In this document: in pieces, positions 50,669 to 58,697 of the stretch | How the letters are laid out: the number at the start of each line of letters is the position of its first letter | Position numbering within the stretch: position 1 is the first letter of the stretch | Origin: an uncultured Collinsella sp. | GTDB lineage: Bacteria > Actinomycetota > Coriobacteriia > Coriobacteriales > Coriobacteriaceae | Direction of reading: 5' to 3' | DNA: 64,000 bases | Assembly (NCBI GenBank): GCA_900542715.1 | Contig: UQOQ01000002.1 | Location: 7,535-71,534, forward strand | Made by a program: the position numbers and the translations under genes | Notes under the pieces: generated by a model | Database searches by the model: none | What the model saw: only the letters and a program-made list of their open reading frames with translations | What the model was told of the DNA's origin: nothing

Positions 50669-50810
50669 ACACTCACCCTCATCGACTCTATCGTTATTCG
50701 AACAGTTTATCGAACAACGATATGGATTGCATGCGGAAAGCCCCGCCAGTGCGCATAGGCCATTCACTAATCAGAAGGGGTGAGCGTGGATTTTTGGACA
50801 CGTATCGAAC

Positions 50811-50874
50811 GAGCGTGGATAATCTCCCACTTTGAGGCCGCCACCGGGCCTAAAACGGGAGATTATCCACGCTC
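50811..50874. repeat. Palindrome with perfect 18-bp arms and a 28-bp spacer
   Basis: GAGCGTGGATAATCTCCC / GGGAGATTATCCACGCTC; a partial third copy at 50782. Confidence 0.8.
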
Positions 50875-50898
50875 ATAGTCATCAAGGCTCACAGCCTC

Positions 50899-51255
50899 TT
50901 ACTCGGCCGCCTCGCGCAGGGCCGACATCGTTGCCGCATATTGCTGCTGCAGCGCATGCATTCCCTCGCGAGCGCCGTCAACGGCATCGGCGCCGCGCAG
51001 CGCTTCGGTCACCACGACCGCCGGCTCGTACAGATTGTTGAATCCCAGGTTCTGGCTCACGCCCTTGAGCGTGTGCGCTGCCATAAACGCACTCTCGGCG
51101 TCTCCTGCCGCCATGGCAGCCTCCAGCTTGTCCATGCTCTCGTCATCCAAAAACTTGAGGGCAAAGCGGGCAAGCATTTCCTCACCCATCAGCCGAGCGC
51201 ACGCGTCATCATAATTTGCGCCGATCTTCTCATACGCCTCACGCATGGAAATCAT
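50899..51255 (-). CDS. Stand-alone Hpt (histidine phosphotransfer) protein
   Basis: AFMAAHTLKGVSQNLG. Confidence 0.9.
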   Translation of the reverse strand: MISMREAYEKIGANYDDACARLMGEEMLARFALKFLDDESMDKLEAAMAAGDAESAFMAAHTLKGVSQNLGFNNLYEPAVVVTEALRGADAVDGAREGMHALQQQYAATMSALREAAE

Positions 51256-51279
51256 GAATCAAAAACTCCTTTGTTCAAA

Positions 51280-53160
51280 CTAAATCGTGGGGAACGCAAC
51301 GACGTCGGCGGGGCGTGCCAAGGTTTCGGCAATGCGGTCTTGCACCTCGAGCAGGCAGTCGAGCAGCAGCGGGTTAAAGGTGCCGCACTTACCGTCCAGG
51401 ATCATCTTGATCGCTTCCTCGTGCGGGATGGCATCCTTGTACACGCGCACGCTCGTCAGCGCATCGTACACGTCGGCCACCGAAACCACCTGTGCGGCGA
51501 TGGGGATATCGTCGCCCTTAAGACCGTCGGGATAACCCCTGCCGTCCCAGCGCTCGTGGTGCCAACGCGCAATCTGGTACGCATATTCCAAAAGCGCATT
51601 GCCGGCGTGATGGCTGCCCAGCTCGAGCAGCATGTTGGCGCCAATCGTGGTATGCGTCTTCATAATCTCGAATTCCTCGGGCGTGAGGCGCCCGGGCTTG
51701 TTGAGGATCGCATCGTCAATCGACATCTTGCCGATATCGTGCAGCGCCGAAGCCAGGGCGATCGTGGAGCGTTCCTCATTGTCGAGGGAGATCGTGCCGC
51801 TACGCTGGACCAGATAGCCAAGCAGCAGCTCGGTCAGCTTTTCGATGTTCGTAACGTGCCTACCGCTCTCGCCGTTGCGAAGCTCCATGACGCCGGCCAT
51901 GATGTCGATGAGCATGCGACTGTTCTTGACGCGCTCGTTGTACTGTTGGGACAGCAGGTTCGTCAGGCGGCGCTGTTTGGCGTACAGGCGGATGGTGTTG
52001 CTTACGCGGCGGCGCACGACACGGGAGTCAAACGGGCGGTTGATATAGTCCGAGGCGCCCAGCTCGTACGCGCGCAGAACCGCATCATCGGAATCTTCGC
52101 TCGAAATCATGATGACAGGCAGATTATCGATACCCGATCGGCGCGACAGATCGGCCAGCACCTCAAAGCCGCTTATGCCCGGCATCACAATGTCCAGCAG
52201 CACGAGCGACAACTCATCGCCATAGCGGTCGACCATGTCGAGCGCCGCACGACCGTTATCGGCCTCGAGGATGCAATGCTCGTCCTTGAGCATCTCGCTG
52301 AGAATGGCTCGGTTCATCTCGGAGTCATCGGCGATAAGCACCAAAGGCTTTTCGCTTTGGAAGGCCTCGATGGAATCGGCATCGGTCACGACCGTACCGG
52401 CTTTTGCCTTAGCGCGGCTCAGTAACTGAGCAGCGCGGCCAACGCCCTCATCGACCGTCTCGCCATGAATGCGAACGCCACCAACACATGCCGTCAAGCT
52501 CACGTACTCATGGCCCGGAATAATCGTGGAATGAACGGCATCGGACACCTGATGCAGGCGACGGGTGAAGTCATCGGAGGGAATATTGGGCATGACAACC
52601 ACAAACTTGTCGCAGCCATAGCGCACAAGCTCGTCAGTCGAACGAATTCCGCTGCGTATGGCTGTCGCCACAGCACCGAGCGCAAGGTCGCCGGCATGAC
52701 GGCCACACGTATCGTTGAAGGCCCTAAAATCATCAACGTCGATCATCGCAACGCCGGCATTCATGCGGGCGCTGCGAAGCTTTTCCTCGTAATATCGGCG
52801 ATTGCGCACGCTCGTCAGCACGTCGGTGTAGACAAGGTCCTCTTCCGCGGCCTCTTGCTCATCAATCGGACGCACCATCAGCAAGACGTGAGGCTCGCCC
52901 TCGACCTTCAGAGGGCGTAGACGGGCGCGGTACTCAGTGCCATCATTGAGCAGTTGCTCCGACACCTCATCGGAGTCTGCCAAAGCCTCAAGACTCGACT
53001 GACGCAGACAAGGGCAGCGATCGCCGGCGAGCAAGCAGTTAGGCTCGCTCTTAATCTGATCGGCCGACAGTAAACGCACCACGGGGTAGGTCTTCGCGAC
53101 GCGGGCGACCTCAGCGGCAGCCTCCTCGTCGGTTAGATTGACCTCGTGATTATTGAGCAT
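51280..53160 (-). CDS. Degenerate GGDEF - receiver - HD-GYP signalling protein
   Basis: DVLTSVRNRR, IDVDDFRAFND and RYGCDKF (GGDEF-like); LIADD, LLDIVMP and ISS (REC); HDIGK, HHERWDGRGYP and ADVYDAL (HD-GYP). Confidence 0.9.
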   Translation of the reverse strand: MLNNHEVNLTDEEAAAEVARVAKTYPVVRLLSADQIKSEPNCLLAGDRCPCLRQSSLEALADSDEVSEQLLNDGTEYRARLRPLKVEGEPHVLLMVRPIDEQEAAEEDLVYTDVLTSVRNRRYYEEKLRSARMNAGVAMIDVDDFRAFNDTCGRHAGDLALGAVATAIRSGIRSTDELVRYGCDKFVVVMPNIPSDDFTRRLHQVSDAVHSTIIPGHEYVSLTACVGGVRIHGETVDEGVGRAAQLLSRAKAKAGTVVTDADSIEAFQSEKPLVLIADDSEMNRAILSEMLKDEHCILEADNGRAALDMVDRYGDELSLVLLDIVMPGISGFEVLADLSRRSGIDNLPVIMISSEDSDDAVLRAYELGASDYINRPFDSRVVRRRVSNTIRLYAKQRRLTNLLSQQYNERVKNSRMLIDIMAGVMELRNGESGRHVTNIEKLTELLLGYLVQRSGTISLDNEERSTIALASALHDIGKMSIDDAILNKPGRLTPEEFEIMKTHTTIGANMLLELGSHHAGNALLEYAYQIARWHHERWDGRGYPDGLKGDDIPIAAQVVSVADVYDALTSVRVYKDAIPHEEAIKMILDGKCGTFNPLLLDCLLEVQDRIAETLARPADVVAFPTI

Positions 53161-53371
53161 ATGGGGCCCTTTCGATAGTTTCGCATGGTAGCGGTGGGTT
53201 CCAAATGCTACAAGGGTAACACCTTGTCGATGCAGGTAAGTACGTGAATGCTGTTACATTTTTATGAGTTGGCAGGCGGCGCGATTGAAGTCGCAGACGT
53301 GAGGTTTTGAGCACATTTGTTAACACGGCCGAAACGTTTGCGGGTGAAGCCTGCTTTGGCCATTGCGGATA

Positions 53372-54169
53372 CTAGAGCCCCAGGATGCCACGGACAGCCC
53401 GGGCAGCCGCTGCCGGGCGATCGCGCAGACCGTTATGCGCGCCCGGGATCGTCACGAGAGGGCAATCGAGATATTCGGCAGCCGCTCGCGTGCCAGCCTC
53501 GCGGGGCATGCCAATCGAGAGCTCGCCCAGGAGCACGGCGGCCACCGTTTTTGACGCGCGAACGCTATCCCAATCGGGAACGCAGGTCATAGTAATCCCG
53601 TATTCGTTTGCCATGAAACTGCGGCCGTTGCGCAGGGCATGCTTGGCTTCCGCTTCGGTCGTTCCAGGAGCCTCGGGGTCCAAGTCGCCGAGGGCTCCCA
53701 AGAAAAGCCGGAGCGCCCTTGAAACCTTTCCAGCCGCAATCATATCGAGCAAAACCGGAGCTGCGCCCATGCCGACGCCTTCGGCCGACACAGCCGGCTC
53801 ATGCAAAATCGCGCGGGCGACGAGATGGGGTTCGGTGCGAAGAAGCTCCAGCGCCACCAACGTACCGGCGCTGTGCGCAAGCACATTTGTCGGAGCGCCA
53901 ACGTGTTCGATCACGGCCTGCAGGTCGGCGGCCTGAGCGGCAAGATCATAGCTGCCGTCTGCCGCTTCGCTGCTGTCACCACAGCCGCGACGGTCGTAGG
54001 CAATGACGCGGTAGTTGCGGCTGAGCTCACAAGCGATTCCGTCGAAAAATGTACCGTCGACACAAGCGCCGTGCACGCACACCAAGGCAGGAGCATCAGG
54101 CGACACATCCGGGTTGGCATATTCGCGACAGGCAATCGTGGTGCCTGCATTCTCGACCGTAAAATCCAT
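53372..54169 (-). CDS. Alpha/beta hydrolase
   Basis: VHG, YDRRGCG, AHSAG nucleophile elbow, HEP and a C-terminal GAH. Confidence 0.88.
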   Translation of the reverse strand: MDFTVENAGTTIACREYANPDVSPDAPALVCVHGACVDGTFFDGIACELSRNYRVIAYDRRGCGDSSEAADGSYDLAAQAADLQAVIEHVGAPTNVLAHSAGTLVALELLRTEPHLVARAILHEPAVSAEGVGMGAAPVLLDMIAAGKVSRALRLFLGALGDLDPEAPGTTEAEAKHALRNGRSFMANEYGITMTCVPDWDSVRASKTVAAVLLGELSIGMPREAGTRAAAEYLDCPLVTIPGAHNGLRDRPAAAARAVRGILGL

Positions 54170-54388
54170 GTTGTGCCCCCATCATCAATGCTCATCCAGT
54201 TGCACGTCAGCACGGTTGGATGGACCCGCATTGCTTTACACCTTGTTAACAGATTAACTTTACCCGACCCGAGGCTTTTCATGGCACGACATCATGAGCG
54301 ACGTGAAAAAACGAAACTTGTAAAGCAAGAGCCCACACCTTGCTTTGGAGCCGATGCTATGCTTAGGCACAATTGTCTTGAGGAGCAT

Positions 54389-55171
54389 ATGCCTATGTCT
54401 ACGTTTTTGAATGCCAGCCCCATCTTTGGGCCTGTTCGCAGCCGTCGCCTTGGTCTCTCGCTCGGCGTCAACATGATGCCGGCCAGCGGCAAAATCTGCA
54501 CGTTCGACTGCATTTACTGCGAAAACGGCCTCAACGCCGAGCGCCCCTGCCATGAGCCGTACAACACAGCTGCCGTGGTACTCGACGCGCTCGAGGCAAA
54601 GCTGCGCGAGATGGCAGCCGAGGGCGAACTCCCCGATGTGATCACCTTCGCAGGCAACGGCGAGCCCACCGCCGCACCGGAGTTTCCGCAGGCCATCGCC
54701 GGCGCCGTCGCGCTGCGCGACGAGCTTGCCCCAAACTCCAAGATCGCCGTGCTCTCCAACGGCACGCGCGCCGACCGCCCCGAGGTGCACGACGCGCTCA
54801 TGATGGTCGACGACAACATTCTTAAGCTCGATACCGTCGACCCGGCGTTTATCCAGCTGCTCGACCAGCCTGTTGGCCCCTATGACGTCGAGCACCAGAT
54901 CGAGACGTTCGCAAGCTTTGACGGTCACGTTATTATCCAGACGATCTTTTTGACCGGCGAGTATCAGGGCAAGCCCATCGACAACACCGGCGAGGAGTAC
55001 GTTGCCCCCTGGCTCGCGGCGCTTGAGCGCATTCGCCCGCAGGAGGCGACCATCTACACGGTGGCGCGCGAAACACCGATCGCCGGCCTTGCCAAAGCAG
55101 TGCCCGAGGTACTCGACGCCATTGCCGCGCGCGTGCGCGCCCTCGGTATTCCCTGCCAGGTGAGCTACTAG
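54389..55171 (+). CDS. Radical SAM protein
   Basis: FGPVRSRRLGLSLG, CTFDCIYC and GNGEPT motifs; RBS GAGGAG. Confidence 0.9.
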   Translation: MPMSTFLNASPIFGPVRSRRLGLSLGVNMMPASGKICTFDCIYCENGLNAERPCHEPYNTAAVVLDALEAKLREMAAEGELPDVITFAGNGEPTAAPEFPQAIAGAVALRDELAPNSKIAVLSNGTRADRPEVHDALMMVDDNILKLDTVDPAFIQLLDQPVGPYDVEHQIETFASFDGHVIIQTIFLTGEYQGKPIDNTGEEYVAPWLAALERIRPQEATIYTVARETPIAGLAKAVPEVLDAIAARVRALGIPCQVSY

Positions 55172-55212
55172 CAAAACCACGCAGCAGCTAGTGCCCGCCA
55201 TCCCGCCCCATC

Positions 55213-55279
55213 AGTTGCGGTGATATAGTTCCTATTTGTGCTGTTAAACCGCTTAAATCGGAACTATATCACCGCAACT
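55213..55279. repeat. Palindrome family D, copy 1 (20-bp arms, 27-bp spacer)
   Basis: AGTTGCGGTGATATAGTTCC / GGAACTATATCACCGCAACT. Confidence 0.85.
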
Positions 55280-55331
55280 TTTATGGCCGCGTGGGTGGGC
55301 TATACTAGCTGCGAATGAAAGGAAGTTAGCC

Positions 55332-56219
55332 ATGTATGACAAAGGACCCGTGCCCGGCCGCAACGACGCTTGCTGGTGCGGCAGCGGCAAGAAATACAAG
55401 AAATGCCATAGCGCCTTTGATGAGCGCCTCGAGCGCTTGTGGGAAGAAGGCTGGGAGGTTCTGCCTCGCACGCTCTACAAGACTCCCGCCGATATCGAGG
55501 GCATCAAGCGCTCGGCAGCCATCAACGTGGGCGTGCTCGATTATGTGGGCGAGCATATCGCCGCAGGCATGACCACCAACCAGATCGACCAGATGATCTA
55601 CGACTACACCGTCGAGCACGGTGGCACGCCGGCCGACCTTAACTACGAGGGCTATCCCAAGAGCGTGTGCACCTCGATCAACGACGTCGTCTGCCACGGC
55701 ATCCCCTGCGATGCGGATGTGCTGCACGAGGGCGACATCATCAACGTAGACTGCTCCACGATCTTGGACGGTTACTTTAGTGATTCGAGCCGCATGTTCT
55801 GCATCGGCGAGGTCTCGGCCGAGCGCCAGCGCCTGGTCGACGTCACCCGTGCCAGCGTGGAGGCGGGTCTGGCGGCCGTCAAGCCATGGCTGCCGTTGTC
55901 CGTTATGGCCGAGGCCGTGCAAAAGACCGTCGAGGACGCCGGTTTTAGCGTGGTGCGCGAGTACGGCGGACACGGCATCGGTAAGGAGTTCCACGAAGAC
56001 CCATTTGTGGGCTTTACCACCGAGGCGCCCGATGTGGATACCATCATGGCCCCGGGCATGGTCTTTACCATCGAGCCTATGGTCAATGCCGGAGCGCCCG
56101 ACATCAAGATTAGCAAGGGCGACGGCTGGTGCGTGCGCACCAAGGACGGCAGCGATTCGGCCCAGTGCGAGGTACAGCTCGTAGTGACCGAGGACGGCTA
56201 CGAACTGCTCAGCTGGTAG
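55332..56219 (+). CDS. map: Methionine aminopeptidase with an N-terminal SEC-C motif
   Basis: GRNDACWCGSGKKYKKCH; CTSINDVVCHGIP, DSSR, GHGIG and TIEPM motifs. Confidence 0.95.
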   Translation: MYDKGPVPGRNDACWCGSGKKYKKCHSAFDERLERLWEEGWEVLPRTLYKTPADIEGIKRSAAINVGVLDYVGEHIAAGMTTNQIDQMIYDYTVEHGGTPADLNYEGYPKSVCTSINDVVCHGIPCDADVLHEGDIINVDCSTILDGYFSDSSRMFCIGEVSAERQRLVDVTRASVEAGLAAVKPWLPLSVMAEAVQKTVEDAGFSVVREYGGHGIGKEFHEDPFVGFTTEAPDVDTIMAPGMVFTIEPMVNAGAPDIKISKGDGWCVRTKDGSDSAQCEVQLVVTEDGYELLSW

Positions 56220-56278
56220 CCGTGGATGCGCCGGATGCTGACGGGCACGCTCGTCTAGCATCCGGCGTTTTTGTTTGA

Positions 56279-56331
56279 ACGTTTTGCCTGATAAAACCTG
56301 CCAAAATAAACCTGTCCCTTTTTGGTAGGTT
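56279..56331 (+). repeat. Dispersed REP-like hairpin, family A, copy 3
   Basis: ACGTTTTGCCTGATAAAACCTGCCAAAATAAACCTGTCCCTTTTTGGTAGGTT. Confidence 0.85.
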
Positions 56332-56349
56332 GAGCGGAGAGGACTGCTT

Positions 56350-57285
56350 GTGAACATCCTGGTTTTGTTGCCCGTCAACGACCGTCATCGCGCAATTCTT
56401 GAGTCGAGCGCTCCGGGCGAGGACTTTATCTACACGAGCGCCGACGCCGCCACGCGCAAGCAGGTCGCCGATGCCGACGTGATCCTGGGCAACATCGACC
56501 CTGACATGCTCACGGCATGCGAGCACCTCCAGCTGCTGCAACTACAGACCGCGGGCTATGACGATTACTTGGCCGCCGGCACCGTGCCAGCCGACGCCAA
56601 ACTGTCTTGCTCGGTGGGCGCCTACGGCCAGGCCGTGAGCGAGCACATGTTTGCCATGGTCCTTTCCATGATGAAGCGTCTGCCTGGCTATCACGACTTG
56701 CAGCGCGAGCATCGCTGGGAGGATTTGGGGCCGGTCACTTCGCTCAAAAATGCCAATGTGCTCGTGCTGGGCGCGGGCGATATCGGCGGCCACTTCGCCA
56801 CGCTCTGCCGCAGCATGGGTGCACACGTCCGCGGCATCAAGCGCCATCCGCTCGTCTATCCCATTGTGTTTGAGGACATGGACGGCATGGATGCCCTACC
56901 CGAGCGCCTGGCCGAGGCCGACATCGTCGCATCCTTTATGCCCAGCACGCCCGAGACCCGCGGTCTGGCGAACGCCGAGTTCTTCGCCGCGATGAAGCCG
57001 GGCGCCTTCTTTGCCAACGGCGGCCGCGGCGACCTTGTGGTTGCCGACGACTTAGTTGCGGCACTCGAGTCCGGGCACCTTGCCGGTGCTGCGGTCGACG
57101 TCACCGACCCCGAGCCGCTGCCCGCGACAAGCCCGCTGTGGGATGCGCCCAACATGCTCATCACGCCGCACGTCTCCGGCTGGTTCCACCTGGCAGCCAC
57201 GCTCAACAACGTCGTCGACATCGCCGCCGAGAATCTGCGTCACCTGCAGGCCGGCGAGACCCTGCGCTGCTGGATCGAACACTAA
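56350..57285 (+). CDS. D-2-hydroxyacid dehydrogenase family protein
   Basis: GAGDIG, NGGRG, DVTDPEPLP and ITPHVSG motifs. Confidence 0.92.
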   Translation: MNILVLLPVNDRHRAILESSAPGEDFIYTSADAATRKQVADADVILGNIDPDMLTACEHLQLLQLQTAGYDDYLAAGTVPADAKLSCSVGAYGQAVSEHMFAMVLSMMKRLPGYHDLQREHRWEDLGPVTSLKNANVLVLGAGDIGGHFATLCRSMGAHVRGIKRHPLVYPIVFEDMDGMDALPERLAEADIVASFMPSTPETRGLANAEFFAAMKPGAFFANGGRGDLVVADDLVAALESGHLAGAAVDVTDPEPLPATSPLWDAPNMLITPHVSGWFHLAATLNNVVDIAAENLRHLQAGETLRCWIEH

Positions 57286-57286
57286 T

Positions 57287-57470
57287 TTGTTCCGGCGTTT
57301 TACCAAACGCCGGAACTGCTCGACGCTGCGAGCCCGCCGTTTGGCCAATCTGCCGTTCAATTTCAAAGGCGCGACCCAATCTTGTTCCGCCGTTCTAACG
57401 AACGGCGGAACACTCGACGCTGCGAGCCCGTTTGGACGGCAATCTGCCTTTCAACTTCGGCGGCATGACC
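57287..57470. repeat. Two-copy 95-bp tandem repeat containing a hairpin
   Basis: Units start at 57287 and 57382; shared TTGTTCCG..., CTCGACGCTGCGAGCCCG, CAATCTGCC and TTCAA. Confidence 0.85.
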
Positions 57471-57613
57471 AGAAGGTCAATGCCGCCTTGTTTCAAGGCA
57501 CCTTGCTCGCCCAGACGGGCTCTCGCTGACTTTTGTTCGACCTGTAGGGACTGGCTGGCGCGGCCCTGTCTGGGGGCATTCGCTGACTATTATTCGGCCA
57601 GTGAGGTTTAGAG

Positions 57614-58108
57614 CTATTTAAGCGTTGTTAGATAGTTTCTTGCGTTTTCGACGTTCATTGCTGCGACGGGTGCGTGTGAACAGAGTTTGGCATCGTTGGT
57701 GACCAGTAGATCTGCTTGAGCGCGTATCGCTGCCGCAATGATTAAATCGTCTTCGTAATCGCTATGGAGCTCACGCTGCTTGCTCACCATCCATATGTCG
57801 CTCAGGTCACAGGGCACTGGCGTGGCAAGCTGCGACAGCACGCTCAGACAATCCCACGCAAGCGATGTCGCTGCCGTAGCGGCATCCTGGGAAAGCGAAC
57901 CGTGCTCACGCCGATACCATGCCTTATGCTCGCTTGAAATTAAATAGAACAGGTCTTTGGACGATGTCGCCGCATACAGCAAATCCACCTGCGCCGTGCA
58001 TGCATCGCGCAAAAACTCAATCGCCAGCGAACGACCGCGTCGTGAGGGGATGAAGTAATCGAGCCACACGTTGGTATCAACCAAGATGCGCTTTGGAACC
58101 TCACTCAT
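57614..58108 (-). CDS. PIN-domain (VapC-like) toxin
   Basis: LVDTNVWLD...DYEDD...LLVTND acidic PIN motifs; overlaps the antitoxin stop. Confidence 0.88.
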   Translation of the reverse strand: MSEVPKRILVDTNVWLDYFIPSRRGRSLAIEFLRDACTAQVDLLYAATSSKDLFYLISSEHKAWYRREHGSLSQDAATAATSLAWDCLSVLSQLATPVPCDLSDIWMVSKQRELHSDYEDDLIIAAAIRAQADLLVTNDAKLCSHAPVAAMNVENARNYLTTLK

Positions 58109-58481
58109 TAAGCCAGCTCATCTCCTCGCCATAGCGATCCGCATAGGCATTCCGCTTGAGCTCTTCGTCGTCCGATGGCTGAGCCTTGACCATATCGATT
58201 CCCGACTCACGGCAAGCAGCAGCGAACAGCTTCGATCCTTGATCGATGAGTTCGAGTTTGCGTTTGGCGGCCTTTTCGCGCTCGCGCTGTTCCGCCCGGG
58301 CACGACTGGGCAGCAGGATATCCTCGAGCGCACCGGGGCGATCGGCCAGCGACGCCGCAAGCTGCCAGAGCGCTCGTACCGCTTGGCTCGGCGTCATACC
58401 GGCTCTGGAGAGAGCGGCGTCCCCACTCCTTTTAAGATCGGCATCGAGACGTACGTTGATCTGAGCGGCTGTTGTGGTCAT
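58101..58481 (-). CDS. RelB/DinJ-type RHH antitoxin
   Basis: QINVRLDADLKRSGDAALSRAGMTPSQAVR. Confidence 0.85.
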   Translation of the reverse strand: MTTTAAQINVRLDADLKRSGDAALSRAGMTPSQAVRALWQLAASLADRPGALEDILLPSRARAEQREREKAAKRKLELIDQGSKLFAAACRESGIDMVKAQPSDDEELKRNAYADRYGEEMSWLNE

Positions 58482-58575
58482 GACCCCTCCTTAATTCTTC
58501 AAAACTATCATAAATCTCTATGGTAGATACGTAAAGCATGTATAGCATTTACAAGCATTAGCCGTACCCTGCACA

Positions 58576-58612
58576 CAAAAAGCCGCCGAGGCACATTGCA
58601 CCTCGGCGGCTA
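58576..58612 (-). terminator. Intrinsic terminator of the M18 peptidase gene
   Basis: AAAAAGCCGCCGAGG...CCTCGGCGGCT. Confidence 0.7.
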
Positions 58613-58644
58613 CGCATCACCGATCTAGTTCGGTTTCACCCCTT

Positions 58645-58697
58645 GCATTCGCCCAGATAAAACCTGCTAAAATTAACATCCCTTTTTGGCAGGTTTT
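58645..58697 (+). repeat. Dispersed REP-like hairpin, family A, copy 4 (degenerate loop)
   Basis: CAGATAAAACCTGCTAAAATTAACATCCCTTTTTGGCAGGTTTT; overlaps the peptidase stop codon. Confidence 0.8.

Noticed and set aside
50863..50871. DnaA boxes or replication origin (TTATCCACG)
   Set aside because: An 8/9 match within one palindrome only; no box cluster, AT-rich unwinding region or dnaA/rep gene.
57287..57470. Type III toxin-antitoxin RNA antitoxin
   Set aside because: The repeats lie downstream of the toxin, the toxin is PIN-fold rather than ToxN/CptN/TenpN-like, and a protein antitoxin is already present.
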